DNA of 64,000 bases from Candidatus Latescibacterota bacterium. Lineage in GTDB: Bacteria > Latescibacterota > UBA2968 > UBA8231. Below, piece by piece: positions 26,836 through 36,599 of the stretch; position 1 is the first letter of the stretch, and every line of letters starts with the position of its first letter. The stretch lies in NCBI GenBank assembly GCA_965203175.1, contig OZ241867.1:5856001-5920000 (forward strand). The letters run 5' to 3'. A model generated the notes under the pieces. It saw nothing but the letters and a program-made list of their open reading frames with translations. It did no database searches and was not told the DNA's origin. Both the position numbers and the translations under genes were made by a program.

Positions 26836-27939
26836 TCATCCCTCGCAAAACCGCTGCGCGTATGCAATGGCCACGCGCACCGTGTCATCGGTTATTCCCT
26901 CCACGACCTCCACTTCCCCAATCCGCCGACCCAACACGAACCGCAACTGCCCATCCACTCGCTTCTTGTCGGCCTTGGCACAGGTCAAAATCCGCTCCGC
27001 CTCCACCTCGGCCAATCCCCCGGGCACCCCCAACCGCTCCAGCAACGCGTCCTGCCGCTGCCTTTCTGCTTCGGGCCACAACCCCTCGCGGCAGGCGATT
27101 TCTCCCGCGGCGATCAAACCCAAAATTATCGCCTCTCCGTGCCGATAGCGGCTGTAATCCGTGGCGGCCTCAATCGCGTGCCCAATGGTGTGCCCGTAAT
27201 TGAGAATGGCCCGCAAGCCCTGCTCCTTCTCGTCGGCGGCCACCACCTCGGCTTTGATCTCGACATTGCGGCCGATGAGCCAGTCCAAGGTCTCCGGCAC
27301 CAGTGCCATATCCACGACCTCCTCCAAGTGCTCCTCCAAAAAGGCGAAGAGCTCAGCGTCGCGGATCAGCCCGTGTTTGACCACCTCGGCCATGCCCGCG
27401 ACCCGCTCCCGCCTCGGCAGCGAGTGCAGCGCATTGGTGTCGGCCAAGACCAAGCGCGGCTGGTGAAAGGTGCCGATCAGATTTTTGCCCAGCGCGTGGT
27501 TGACCCCCGTCTTGCCGCCAATGCTCGAATCCACCTGCGCGACGATGGTCGTCGGCACCTGCACATAGGGCACGCCGCGCAAATAGGTGGAGGCCACAAA
27601 GCCCGCCATGTCGCCGACTACGCCCCCGCCGAGGGCCACGACCCAATCGCCGCGGTCGAACCCGGCCGCGATCATCTGCGTGAAAATGCCCTCAGCCCCG
27701 TGCAGGTTCTTAGCCTCCTCGCCCCCAGTATAAACAATCTCCAACACCTCGAATCCAGCGGCGCGCAAGCTCGCGGCCGCAGGTTGCAGGTAGTGCGCAG
27801 CCACAACCTCGTCGCTCACCAGTGCTACCTGCCGCCCCAAAGCCAAGTCGCGGCAGCGCGGCCCTAGTTCCCCTAAGATATCGTGGCCGACGAAAATGGG
27901 GTATGCAGCCCCTGGGATGTCTAAGTCAATTCTTTGCAT
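26836..27939 (-). CDS. aroB: 3-dehydroquinate synthase
   Basis: GGGVVGD, VPTT...DSSIGGKTG, LNYGHTIGHA. Confidence 0.96.
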   Translation of the reverse strand: MQRIDLDIPGAAYPIFVGHDILGELGPRCRDLALGRQVALVSDEVVAAHYLQPAAASLRAAGFEVLEIVYTGGEEAKNLHGAEGIFTQMIAAGFDRGDWVVALGGGVVGDMAGFVASTYLRGVPYVQVPTTIVAQVDSSIGGKTGVNHALGKNLIGTFHQPRLVLADTNALHSLPRRERVAGMAEVVKHGLIRDAELFAFLEEHLEEVVDMALVPETLDWLIGRNVEIKAEVVAADEKEQGLRAILNYGHTIGHAIEAATDYSRYRHGEAIILGLIAAGEIACREGLWPEAERQRQDALLERLGVPGGLAEVEAERILTCAKADKKRVDGQLRFVLGRRIGEVEVVEGITDDTVRVAIAYAQRFCEG

Positions 27940-28459
27940 AGCTCTCCAGTAAGTCGCGGAGTTTCCCGGCCGTGTCCTCAGGCGTCTGCACCTGCGTGGT
28001 GTACAGCTCGATGTGGGCTTGGTCGTAAAAAGGAGCGCGCTCGCGGAGCAGGGATTCTATTTTAGCGCGCTGCGCCTGCGGGTCCAACCCGGCGAGCAGG
28101 GGCCGGTTAGAGCGGCGCCTGACGCGGGCAAAAATCGTCTCCACGTCGGCCTTGAGGCACACCAACACACCTGCGCGGCGCACGGCCTCGACGTTGTCGG
28201 CGCGGGTGATCGCCCCACCGCCCAAGGCCACCACGGCATCCGGGCGCTGACAGGTCTCGAGAACGCAGTCGCGCTCTAGCTGGCGGAAGTGAGCCTCGCC
28301 TTCGTCGGCGAAGATCTCCGCAATGGTCTTGCCAGCGCGCTGTTCGATCATCCGGTCGGTGTCCAGAAAGCAGCGCCCTAGCTCCCGCGCCAGAATGCGC
28401 CCGACCCGGGTCTTGCCCACGCCCATAAAACCAGCTAAAAATACCGGTCTCTTCGTCAT
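27926..28459 (-). CDS. aroK: Shikimate kinase
   Basis: GFMGVGKT, GEAHFR, ALGGG, RPLL. Confidence 0.95.
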   Translation of the reverse strand: MTKRPVFLAGFMGVGKTRVGRILARELGRCFLDTDRMIEQRAGKTIAEIFADEGEAHFRQLERDCVLETCQRPDAVVALGGGAITRADNVEAVRRAGVLVCLKADVETIFARVRRRSNRPLLAGLDPQAQRAKIESLLRERAPFYDQAHIELYTTQVQTPEDTAGKLRDLLESYAKN

Positions 28460-28469
28460 GCCCCACGCC

Positions 28470-30185
28470 TCACATTCGCTCGAGCGTCTCGATGCCGAGC
28501 AGATCGAGCCCCTGGCGCACTATGCGCGCAGTCAACAGCGCCAGCAGCAATCGGCTCGTCCGCACCGGCTCGTCCGCGCGGAGAACCGGACACTGCTCGT
28601 AGAACTTCATAAAGGCGTCGGCCAGCTCGTAGAGATAATTGCAGAGTACGTGCGGATAGCACTGATGGACCACCGCCGCGACCACCTCGGGAAACTGCAA
28701 CAGCTTGATGGCGAGCGCCTTCTCGGCCCTTTCGCCAATGATTATCGCGCCGTCGAGCGCATCTCCATCCACACCAGCGCGGCGGAACATGCTCTTGATG
28801 CGGGCGTACGAATACAGCATGTACGGAGCGGTGTTGCCGTCGAGAGCCAGCATCTTGTCCCAGTCGAACACGTAGTCTGAGGTGCGATTGAACGACAGCT
28901 CCATGTACTTGATGCTGCCAATGCCAATCACGCGGGCGATCTTTCGCCGCTCGGCCTCGTCCATGTCGGGATTCTTCTCGCTCACTTGGGCAAAGGCCCG
29001 GGCTACGCCCTCCTCCAACACGTCCATCAGCTTGACCACGCCGCCAGTTCGCGTCTTGAATGGCCGGTTGTCCGCGCCGAGAATCGCGCCAAACTCGTGA
29101 TGCTCCAAAGCGGTCGCCTCGGGCGCGTACCCAGCCGCCCGCGCCACCGCGAAGACCTGCTGCAAGTGAAGCGACTGGCGTGCATCCACGATGTAGAGAA
29201 TGCGATCGGCAGCGAGCGCGCCAGCTCGATAGCGCACGGCCGCGAGGTCGCTCGTCGCATAGAGGTAGCCGCCGTCCGACTTCTGCACGATCACCGGCGT
29301 GATCTGGCCGTCCTTGTTTTTGAATTCCTCCAGAAAGACGCACTGCGCGCCGTTGGATTCCACCAGCAAGTCCTTGGCCCGCAAATCCTCGACCACGCGG
29401 GGCAAGTCGTCGTTGTACGCGCTCTCACCTTGCACGTCTTCGGGCTTGAGACCGACTCCTAGCGCGTCGTATATGCGCTGGCCGTGGGCGAGCGACTCGT
29501 CGATGAACTGCTGCCACATCCGCTGCACGTGCGGGTCGCCGCTTTGCAGCTTGACCACGTATTCCCGCGACAGATCGGCGAACGCCTCGTCTTGGTCAAA
29601 GCGCTGCCGCGCCGATTGGTAGAATACTTCTAGATCGGCCAATTCCGTAGCCGGGTCCGCAATCTCGTCCAAGTGGGCGATGAGCATCCCAAACTGCGTC
29701 CCCCAGTCGCCCACGTGATTGTGGCGCACGACCTCGTGGCCCGCAAATTCGAGGACGCGGGCGATGGCGTCGCCGATGACCGTGCTGCGCAAATGGCCGA
29801 TGTGCATTTCCTTGGCCAAGTTGGGATGCGAGTAGTCGAGTACGACCTTTTGCGGCGCGTCCTTGGACACGCCGAGCCGCGGATCGGCCAGCACGTTCCC
29901 TAACTGCGCGGCCAGCCACTCGCCCTTGAGTTGGATATTGATAAAGCCCGGACCAGCGATATCTACGGACGCAGCCATGTCCTCCAGATCCAGTTCCTCC
30001 ACGACTTGGGCGGCGAGTGCACGGGGATTGGTCTTCAGCTTCTTGGCCGCAGCCATCACGCCGTTGGCTTGATAGTCGCCAAACTCTGGGCGAGTGGCCG
30101 GACCAACGAGGGCCGGAGAATCGGCAGGCGCACCCGCTCGGGCCAGTGCCGCGCTAATGCGCGTTTCTAATGATTCGGTTATCAT
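28470..30185 (-). CDS. argS: Arginine--tRNA ligase
   Basis: FGDYQAN, PNLAKEMHIGHLRST, GDWGTQFG, PFKTR, C-terminal LERM. Confidence 0.96.
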   Translation of the reverse strand: MITESLETRISAALARAGAPADSPALVGPATRPEFGDYQANGVMAAAKKLKTNPRALAAQVVEELDLEDMAASVDIAGPGFINIQLKGEWLAAQLGNVLADPRLGVSKDAPQKVVLDYSHPNLAKEMHIGHLRSTVIGDAIARVLEFAGHEVVRHNHVGDWGTQFGMLIAHLDEIADPATELADLEVFYQSARQRFDQDEAFADLSREYVVKLQSGDPHVQRMWQQFIDESLAHGQRIYDALGVGLKPEDVQGESAYNDDLPRVVEDLRAKDLLVESNGAQCVFLEEFKNKDGQITPVIVQKSDGGYLYATSDLAAVRYRAGALAADRILYIVDARQSLHLQQVFAVARAAGYAPEATALEHHEFGAILGADNRPFKTRTGGVVKLMDVLEEGVARAFAQVSEKNPDMDEAERRKIARVIGIGSIKYMELSFNRTSDYVFDWDKMLALDGNTAPYMLYSYARIKSMFRRAGVDGDALDGAIIIGERAEKALAIKLLQFPEVVAAVVHQCYPHVLCNYLYELADAFMKFYEQCPVLRADEPVRTSRLLLALLTARIVRQGLDLLGIETLERM

Positions 30186-30221
30186 GCGTTATTTATGTTG
30201 TTTGTCTTTATTGCCAGCAGT

Positions 30222-31070
30222 CTAAGCGGGAAAATGCTCCAGTGCGGCCGCAATCATCGCCTCGACTGGCGGCTTGACACCCGTCCATATCTCAAACGAA
30301 CGCGCGCCCTGCCAAGCAAGCATGCCCAAGCCGTTGATCGCGGATGCACCAGCGGCTGCGGCCTGCCGCATGAGTACGGTCTCCAAGGGATTGTACACAA
30401 TGTCGGCAACCAGCATGCGCTCGTGCAGGCACGACGGATCCGCCAGCGGCGAAACGTCGTCGCGGGGGTGCATCCCCAGCGCCGTGGCGTTGATGAGCAA
30501 ACCAGCGTCCCCAATCGGCCCGGTCTCTGCCAGCGATCCGACCCGCACCTTGCTCTTGCTGTCGAGGTCGCCGGCGAGGACTGCGGCCTTTTCCACCGTG
30601 CGGTTGAGCAGCAGCACTTCCTCCACCTCGTCCCGCGCCAGCAGCGCGTAGAGCACGGCCCGCGCCGCGCCACCCGCGCCGAGGAGCGCGACCTTGGGCG
30701 GCAGCGGGTCCAAGCCGCCATCGGCCTTGAGACTCTGCACGATCCCAAAGGCGTCGGTGTTGTACCCCAAAAGCCGGCCATCGCGGTTGGCAATGGTATT
30801 GACCGCGCCAATGCTCTGAGCCTCTGCGGAAATCTCGTCGAGATGCTCCATGACGGCCTGCTTGTGCGGCACAGTTACATTCAGCCCAACCATACCAAAA
30901 GCGCGCATTCCGGCGAGCGCTTGGGGCAAGGCTGCGGGAGCGACGCGGAACGCCGCGTACACATAATTGAGATTCAGCGCCCTGAGCGCGGCATTGTGCA
31001 TAGCCGGCGACGCCGTGTGTGCGACCGGGTCGCCAATGACGCCGAGTACCCGCGTCGTCCCGGAAATCAC
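30222..31070 (-). CDS. aroE: Shikimate dehydrogenase
   Basis: SPAMHN, NVTVPHK, GAVNT, NTD, GAGGAA, NRT. Confidence 0.95.
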   Translation of the reverse strand: MISGTTRVLGVIGDPVAHTASPAMHNAALRALNLNYVYAAFRVAPAALPQALAGMRAFGMVGLNVTVPHKQAVMEHLDEISAEAQSIGAVNTIANRDGRLLGYNTDAFGIVQSLKADGGLDPLPPKVALLGAGGAARAVLYALLARDEVEEVLLLNRTVEKAAVLAGDLDSKSKVRVGSLAETGPIGDAGLLINATALGMHPRDDVSPLADPSCLHERMLVADIVYNPLETVLMRQAAAAGASAINGLGMLAWQGARSFEIWTGVKPPVEAMIAAALEHFPA

Positions 31071-31207
31071 CCCAACAAATCCTCAACGAAGCAGTTGGCA
31101 ATTTCGAAGGATTCGCGCCACGATACGTTGTAGAGCAAGCGAATGGCGAGTAGGCCGCCACCCAACATCACGGCCGCGCACACAAAGAGCCGAAAGAGTC
31201 CTCTCAT
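31067..31207 (-). CDS. Small single-TM protein, 46 aa (MRGLFRLFVCAAVMLGGGLLAIRLLYNVSWRESFEIANCFVEDLLG)
   Basis: Fills the aroA-like/aroE gap exactly. GGAGGAG RBS in the upstream gene tail; TGA overlaps the aroE GTG. Below the ORF-track cutoff. Confidence 0.75.
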   Translation of the reverse strand: MRGLFRLFVCAAVMLGGGLLAIRLLYNVSWRESFEIANCFVEDLLG

Positions 31208-31209
31208 AT

Positions 31210-32433
31210 TTAATCTCCTCCAATAGATTGTACGGTCTTAAAAAAATCGGGCCAGATGGGTGCCAAGCACTCGCTACCTTGGATGGTCAACTCCCCTTCG
31301 GCCAACAGCCCGGCCACGGCAAAAGCCATGGTTAAATTAGGATTGCCCTTGCCGTCGAGTTGGCCACCCTGGAGCGGGAAGCCGCCTTTGATGACGAGCC
31401 CCTCCGGAAACTGGCCAATCCGCGCATCGAGCGAGCGCAGCGCAGCGCACAAATGCTCCACGTGCGGCATATCTTCGATGTCGCGGATAACCGTCGTCCC
31501 CTGCGCCTGAGTCGCCAAGACTGCTAGCAACGCGATCTGGTCGGCGACCTTATCGGTTCGCGACCCCGCCACGCGCGTGGCCTTTAACTGGCTGGCGCTC
31601 ACGTACAAATCGCACGCGCTTTCCCCTATGTCTTCCGCGACAATCTCCGCCCCAATCTGCCGCAGCAAATCCAAAAAGGCCCGCTGCCCAGGGCGAATGA
31701 CCACGCGCTTGACGGTTAGCTCCGACCCCTTGCGGCACAGCGCAGCCCCTATGAGCGGATAGGTCAACGCAAGTTGCCCGGGGATCTCTACGTCAACGTC
31801 CTGGAGCGCCTGCCCACCTTCTATCGACAGCAGTTTGCGCCGCTCAACGGAGATCCCGCGCCCGCGCAACAAGCGCTCCACGTGGGTGCCGACTTTCAGC
31901 GCGCTCGTCCCCTCGGCAAAGAGTGCGGCCACCATCGCGCCCAGCGCTAGGGCATCGGTCGGCGGTGCCTCGGAGAGGACGAACCCTTTGGCCTGCTGAC
32001 CCCCAGTTACAAAGGTGTCCGCGCGCTCCTGTTCTACGGCGAACCCGAGTTGGGCCAACAGGGCGAGCAAGGGCCGACACCGCTCGGCTTCCGCGCCCAA
32101 CTTCACCTGCGAGCGAAACGTTTGCCCGGCGAGTAAGGGAAGCAACAACAGCGCGGTATCGCCCAACCCCTCTAGATCGAGCGGTCCCGCTGCCTCCTGA
32201 AACCCCCGCAGCCCAACGCCGCGCACCACATGGACCCCTGCGCGCTTGGTAATGTCAACGTCCAACTCGCGCAACAGAGAGACCACCCGGTCAGCGTCAA
32301 CGGGCACGTGGCGGACAGTGCTCTTCCCCTCGCTCAATGCGGCCAATACGAGCGCGCGCGCGGCTGGCTCCCGCTCTCCGGGCATCGACACTTGCCCCGC
32401 AATTCTCTTGACTGGGCTTACGATTGTTTCCAT
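31210..32433 (-). CDS. EPSP synthase (AroA)-like protein with degenerate active site
   Basis: AroA-length and fold-like (RALVLAAL.EG, AVLATQAQG, MAFAVAGL, WPDFF), but the KS, NxGT, SxQ, KExDR and DHR motifs are absent. Confidence 0.8.
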   Translation of the reverse strand: METIVSPVKRIAGQVSMPGEREPAARALVLAALSEGKSTVRHVPVDADRVVSLLRELDVDITKRAGVHVVRGVGLRGFQEAAGPLDLEGLGDTALLLLPLLAGQTFRSQVKLGAEAERCRPLLALLAQLGFAVEQERADTFVTGGQQAKGFVLSEAPPTDALALGAMVAALFAEGTSALKVGTHVERLLRGRGISVERRKLLSIEGGQALQDVDVEIPGQLALTYPLIGAALCRKGSELTVKRVVIRPGQRAFLDLLRQIGAEIVAEDIGESACDLYVSASQLKATRVAGSRTDKVADQIALLAVLATQAQGTTVIRDIEDMPHVEHLCAALRSLDARIGQFPEGLVIKGGFPLQGGQLDGKGNPNLTMAFAVAGLLAEGELTIQGSECLAPIWPDFFKTVQSIGGD

Positions 32434-32436
32434 GGC

Positions 32437-33549
32437 CTAGGGTCTCCGCGCCACATACCCGAGCCTAGTCAAAATTCCCAGCGCGTTTTCCGCGCTCTCT
32501 GCGCTGTCAAATCCCAACCGCAACGTCCCCCCCTCGCCCTCGCGTACCTTCATCACCTCAATATCGTTGATGTTTACCCCTTGCGCCCCCAGCGCCTGCC
32601 CGATCTCGGCGATGACGCCCGGCCGATCCTCGGCTAGCACCAAGATCTCGTGCAGCACATGGATAAACCCCTTTGAATCCCTCGGAATGGACCCCCGAAT
32701 TTCGTTGGCAAAATCGAAATCCGCCTTTAGCTCCTCGGCCTCCAGCCGCTCCCTCACTTCCGCGAGCGCGGCGATGTAGCGGTCGATCATCGCGCGGATT
32801 TCGTCGGCATTGGTCGCGCAGATGTCCTCCCAGACCGGCGCGAACGGGCTGGAAGCAATCCGCGTCAAGTCGCGGAAACCGCCAGCGGCCAGCGGCAGGA
32901 AGTGATCGCGCTCGGCATTCAGCCGCCCGACCATACTCACCAGCGAGGTCGCCATCATCTGCGGCAAGTGGCTGATCGCGGCGACCGCCCGGTCGTGTGC
33001 CCCAGCGTCCAGTTCCATAACCCGTGCCCCAACCTGCCGCAAGAGAGCGGTCAATGCTTGGTAGCGATCAGCCGGCACCTTCTGATCGGGGACCAAAATA
33101 TAGATTGCATTCTGGAAGAGGAACGGATCGGCCGCGGCCACGCCCGCCTTTTCAGAGCCAGCCATCGGATGGCCGCCGACAAAGTACACCTCGTCGCTGA
33201 AATGGGCTTGGGCCGCCGCGGCGATGCGCCGCTTGGTGCTCCCCACATCGGTGACCAGCGTCCCCGGCTCGGCGAGCTGACCTACCTCCGCAATCAGCGT
33301 GAGAATCCGCTTGATCGGCGTGCAGATAAAGACTAGGTCGGCTCCTTTGAGCGCCTGCCCCAACTCGTCGTAGCCCCAACCCTCGTCGATCACGCCCAGC
33401 TCCAGCGCGCGGGCGATGGTTGGGGGACGGCTGACGCCCACAAGCCGCCCGCCAAAGCCGGTGCGCTTGAGCGCCAAGCCTATTGAGCCGCCAATCAGGC
33501 CCACGCCGACGATGACTGCCCGCCGGAAGAAGGCTAGCTCTCCTCGCAT
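32437..33549 (-). CDS. tyrA: Prephenate dehydrogenase with C-terminal ACT domain
   Basis: GVGLIGGS, DVGSTK, GGHPMAGSE, SHLPQ, DLTRIA, DRPG ACT motif. Confidence 0.93.
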   Translation of the reverse strand: MRGELAFFRRAVIVGVGLIGGSIGLALKRTGFGGRLVGVSRPPTIARALELGVIDEGWGYDELGQALKGADLVFICTPIKRILTLIAEVGQLAEPGTLVTDVGSTKRRIAAAAQAHFSDEVYFVGGHPMAGSEKAGVAAADPFLFQNAIYILVPDQKVPADRYQALTALLRQVGARVMELDAGAHDRAVAAISHLPQMMATSLVSMVGRLNAERDHFLPLAAGGFRDLTRIASSPFAPVWEDICATNADEIRAMIDRYIAALAEVRERLEAEELKADFDFANEIRGSIPRDSKGFIHVLHEILVLAEDRPGVIAEIGQALGAQGVNINDIEVMKVREGEGGTLRLGFDSAESAENALGILTRLGYVARRP

Positions 33550-33806
33550 TCGAAGTAGGTGGTTAGTTCGATGAGCAGCCGGTAGATCTCCTCTAGGGCC
33601 TCGTCCTTCATCAGCCCTTGGAGCTGTTGGTTGTAGGCTTTGGTCTTGGCGAACACAATGCGCTCGCGGTCGGGATCGCGTATTGGTTTTCCCGCGGCCT
33701 TTTTAATCCGCCCGACTTCTTGCGCGCACTGCATGCGCTCGTTGAGCAGATCAATCATTTGCCGGTCGATACCATCTATGCGTTCGCGCCAGTCACTCAG
33801 GTCCAT
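33534..33806 (-). CDS. Chorismate mutase (AroQ type)
   Basis: RERIDGIDR...LLNER...VGRIK...RDPDRE; start MDLSDW at 33806 with AAGGGAG RBS. Confidence 0.92.
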   Translation of the reverse strand: MDLSDWRERIDGIDRQMIDLLNERMQCAQEVGRIKKAAGKPIRDPDRERIVFAKTKAYNQQLQGLMKDEALEEIYRLLIELTTYFECEES

Positions 33807-33816
33807 ATCTACTCCC

Positions 33817-34800
33817 TTACCGATGTCCCATGGCCCGACGGACCGCGTCCATGGTTGCGTCAACGATCGGACGCAGTTTCTCGACACTCTCGGCCAACAC
33901 CTTGTCTATGTACGCGGGATCCGCCGTCAGTTCCCGATAGCGCGCCTGAATCGGCTCAATCTCGGCGATGACCACTTCGACCAATTCCTTTTTCAAGTCG
34001 CCGTAGCCCTTGCCAGCAAAATGCGCCTCAATCTCATCGTTCCCTAGGCCAGTCAACGCCTGATAGATTGTCAGAAGGTTGTACAACCCAGGGCGCTGCG
34101 GATCGAAAACAATGCCCTGCTGTGAATCGGTCACCGCCCGCATGATCGTCTTGCGCACCTTATCTGGATCATCGAGCAGGCCGACGCTGTGGTACTGGCC
34201 CTCGGCGGACTTAGACATTTTCGCGGTCGGATCGTCGAGCCCCATGATCCGCGCACCGACTTGCGGAATGACCGGTTTGGGCACGGTGAATACCTCGCCG
34301 AACTGGCGATTGAAGCGCTCGGCAATGTCGCGCGTTAGTTCCACGTGCTGTTTTTGGTCGTCGCCGACAGGCACCTCGTGCGCCTGGTAGAGCAGGATAT
34401 CGGCGGCCATCAACGTCGGGTAAACGAACAGCCCCGTGCCAACGCGCTCGCGCCGCGCACCCACTCGATCCTTAAACTGAGTCATCCGCTCCAGCCACCC
34501 CATCGGCGTGATACAAGTAAAAAGCCAAGCCAACTCAGTGTGTTCGGGAATGTGCGACTGCACAAAGAGACGGCACTTTTGCGGATCGAGGCCACAGGCA
34601 ATGTACAAAGCCACGGCCTCGCGCGTACCGCTATGCAAAGCCTCCGGGTCGTACGGCACGGTGATCGCGTGCTGATCGACCACGCAGAAGATGTTGTCGC
34701 GGTCCTCTAAGTTGACCAGCCAATTGCGGACGGCTCCGATGTAGTTGCCGATGTGGATGTGTCCCGAGGGCTGAATGCCCGAAAATACTCGTTTTTTCAC
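33817..34800 (-). CDS. trpS: Tryptophan--tRNA ligase
   Basis: SGIQPSG, HIGN, YPTLMAADIL, VGDDQ, KMSKS. Confidence 0.96.
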   Translation of the reverse strand: MKKRVFSGIQPSGHIHIGNYIGAVRNWLVNLEDRDNIFCVVDQHAITVPYDPEALHSGTREAVALYIACGLDPQKCRLFVQSHIPEHTELAWLFTCITPMGWLERMTQFKDRVGARRERVGTGLFVYPTLMAADILLYQAHEVPVGDDQKQHVELTRDIAERFNRQFGEVFTVPKPVIPQVGARIMGLDDPTAKMSKSAEGQYHSVGLLDDPDKVRKTIMRAVTDSQQGIVFDPQRPGLYNLLTIYQALTGLGNDEIEAHFAGKGYGDLKKELVEVVIAEIEPIQARYRELTADPAYIDKVLAESVEKLRPIVDATMDAVRRAMGHR

Positions 34801-35576
34801 TCGCCCAATAGCTCCCTTACTTTGGTCCCAATATCGGCTTCGCGCATCAGGGATTCGCCGACCAAGATCGCATCGACGCCAGCGGCAGCGAGCCGCTCAA
34901 CATCGCTGCGATCCCCAATTCCGCTCTCGCTGACGACGACAGCTCCCTCCGGCATCTGATCCACAAGCGCGAAGGTCGTCTCCAAGGTGGTCTCAAAGGT
35001 CCGCAGATCGCGGTTGTTGACGCCGATGAGCTGAGCACCAGCCGCTTTGGCGCGCGCCAATTCCTCACCATCGTGGACTTCGACTAGTGCGTCTAATTCC
35101 AACTCGGTGGCTAAGCCGAGGTAGTCGTCGAGTTGGCTAGAATCCATCAGCGCCACGATCAGCAAAACGGCATCGGCACCGATGACGCGGGCTTCGTAGA
35201 GTTGGTATTCGTCGATGGTGAAATCCTTGCGCAACACCGGCAAGCCCGCAACCGCTTTCGCCATCTGCACATAAGCGTCGCACCCCTGAAAATACGCCTC
35301 GTCCGTCAATACCGAAAGACAGCGCGCGCCATGGGCGGCATACGCATCGGCGATCCACTCTGGGTCGAAGTCGGCGCGGATGACGCCCTTGGACGGCGAG
35401 GCTTTTTTTATTTCGGCGATCAGCGCGATCCCATCCGCAGTTAGCGCACCTTGAAAATCGGCCGGCACCGGCGTATCGCGAGCCTGCGACCGCACATCAG
35501 CCAAACTGCGCTGGCGCTGGCGGTCGGCGACGAACTCGCGCTTGTACGCGGCTATTTCGCTTAGGATATCCGCCAT
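34797..35576 (-). CDS. trpC: Indole-3-glycerol phosphate synthase
   Basis: AEIKKASPSKG, SVLTD, LRKDF, GVNNRDL, SESGI. Confidence 0.96.
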   Translation of the reverse strand: MADILSEIAAYKREFVADRQRQRSLADVRSQARDTPVPADFQGALTADGIALIAEIKKASPSKGVIRADFDPEWIADAYAAHGARCLSVLTDEAYFQGCDAYVQMAKAVAGLPVLRKDFTIDEYQLYEARVIGADAVLLIVALMDSSQLDDYLGLATELELDALVEVHDGEELARAKAAGAQLIGVNNRDLRTFETTLETTFALVDQMPEGAVVVSESGIGDRSDVERLAAAGVDAILVGESLMREADIGTKVRELLGE

Positions 35577-35578
35577 TG

Positions 35579-36589
35579 TCAGGAGTTGCTTACCTCGACC
35601 AGCCGATCCAGAGCTTGACGCGCCTTGCCCGAGTCGATGGACTCCCGGGCCACTTCGAGACCAGCAGTTATATCTTCGGCCAGCCCGCCAACGACCATTG
35701 CCGCCGCCGCGTTGAGCAACACCACGTCGCGCTGCGGCCCTTCCTCACCGTCGAGTAGCCCGCGCAGGATGCGTGCATTGTAGTCCGCATCGCCGCCTTT
35801 GAGCGCCTCGGCTGAGGCTGTCTGTAAACCAAAATCCCCCGGGTGAATCTGGCGCGTACTGACCTGCCCGTCTCTAAGCTCGCTGACCTGCGTCGGCCCC
35901 GTCAGCGTGATCTCGTCCAGTCCGTCCGAGCCGTGTACCACCAGGGCCTGATCCGATCCCAACTCGCGCAGCACGCCGGCGAGCGCCTCGGTCAGCGCGC
36001 CGTCAAACACGCCGAGCAATTGCCTCTTGGCCCCAGCCGGATTGGTCAGCGGTCCTAAGATGTTAAAAACCGTGCGGGTAGCTAACTCCCTGCGCGGGCC
36101 GATGGCGTGTTTCATCGCCCCGTGTAACGCTATCGCAAATAGAAAACCAATGCCGACTTCGTCGATGCACTCGCCGACTTTTTCCGGCGCAGCTTCGACA
36201 TTGACCCCTAACGCGGTCAGCACGTCCGACGAGCCGCACTGGCTCGATATTGAGCGGGTGCCGTGCTTGGCCACTGCCAAACCGGCACCGCAAGCGACGA
36301 AGGCTACCGTCGTGGAGATATTAAAGGTCCCCGAATCATCGCCGCCAGTGCCGCAGGTGTCGATGAGATCGGGGCGCACTGTCACTATCGGCGTAGCCTT
36401 CTCGCGCATGACTTCGGCACCGCCAGCGATCTCGTCGATAGTCTCGCCCTTGATCCGCAGAGCGACGAGAAAAGCGCCGATCTGAGCATCTGTAGCTTGG
36501 CCGCTCATAATCTGCTCCATCACCGCCCGCATCTTAGCGCGGTCCAAGTCTGCTCCGGCGATTAGATCTCTTATAGCTTCTTGTATCAT
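35579..36589 (-). CDS. trpD: Anthranilate phosphoribosyltransferase
   Basis: DTCGTGGD, FNIST, KHG, GPLTNP, DGLDE. Confidence 0.96.
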   Translation of the reverse strand: MIQEAIRDLIAGADLDRAKMRAVMEQIMSGQATDAQIGAFLVALRIKGETIDEIAGGAEVMREKATPIVTVRPDLIDTCGTGGDDSGTFNISTTVAFVACGAGLAVAKHGTRSISSQCGSSDVLTALGVNVEAAPEKVGECIDEVGIGFLFAIALHGAMKHAIGPRRELATRTVFNILGPLTNPAGAKRQLLGVFDGALTEALAGVLRELGSDQALVVHGSDGLDEITLTGPTQVSELRDGQVSTRQIHPGDFGLQTASAEALKGGDADYNARILRGLLDGEEGPQRDVVLLNAAAAMVVGGLAEDITAGLEVARESIDSGKARQALDRLVEVSNS

Positions 36590-36599
36590 GTTGCGCTCC

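Noticed and set aside
31210-32433. Calling the AroA-like gene a pseudogene or MurA
   Set aside because: No stop or frameshift; the MurA KN and GGC motifs are absent and residual similarity is to AroA.
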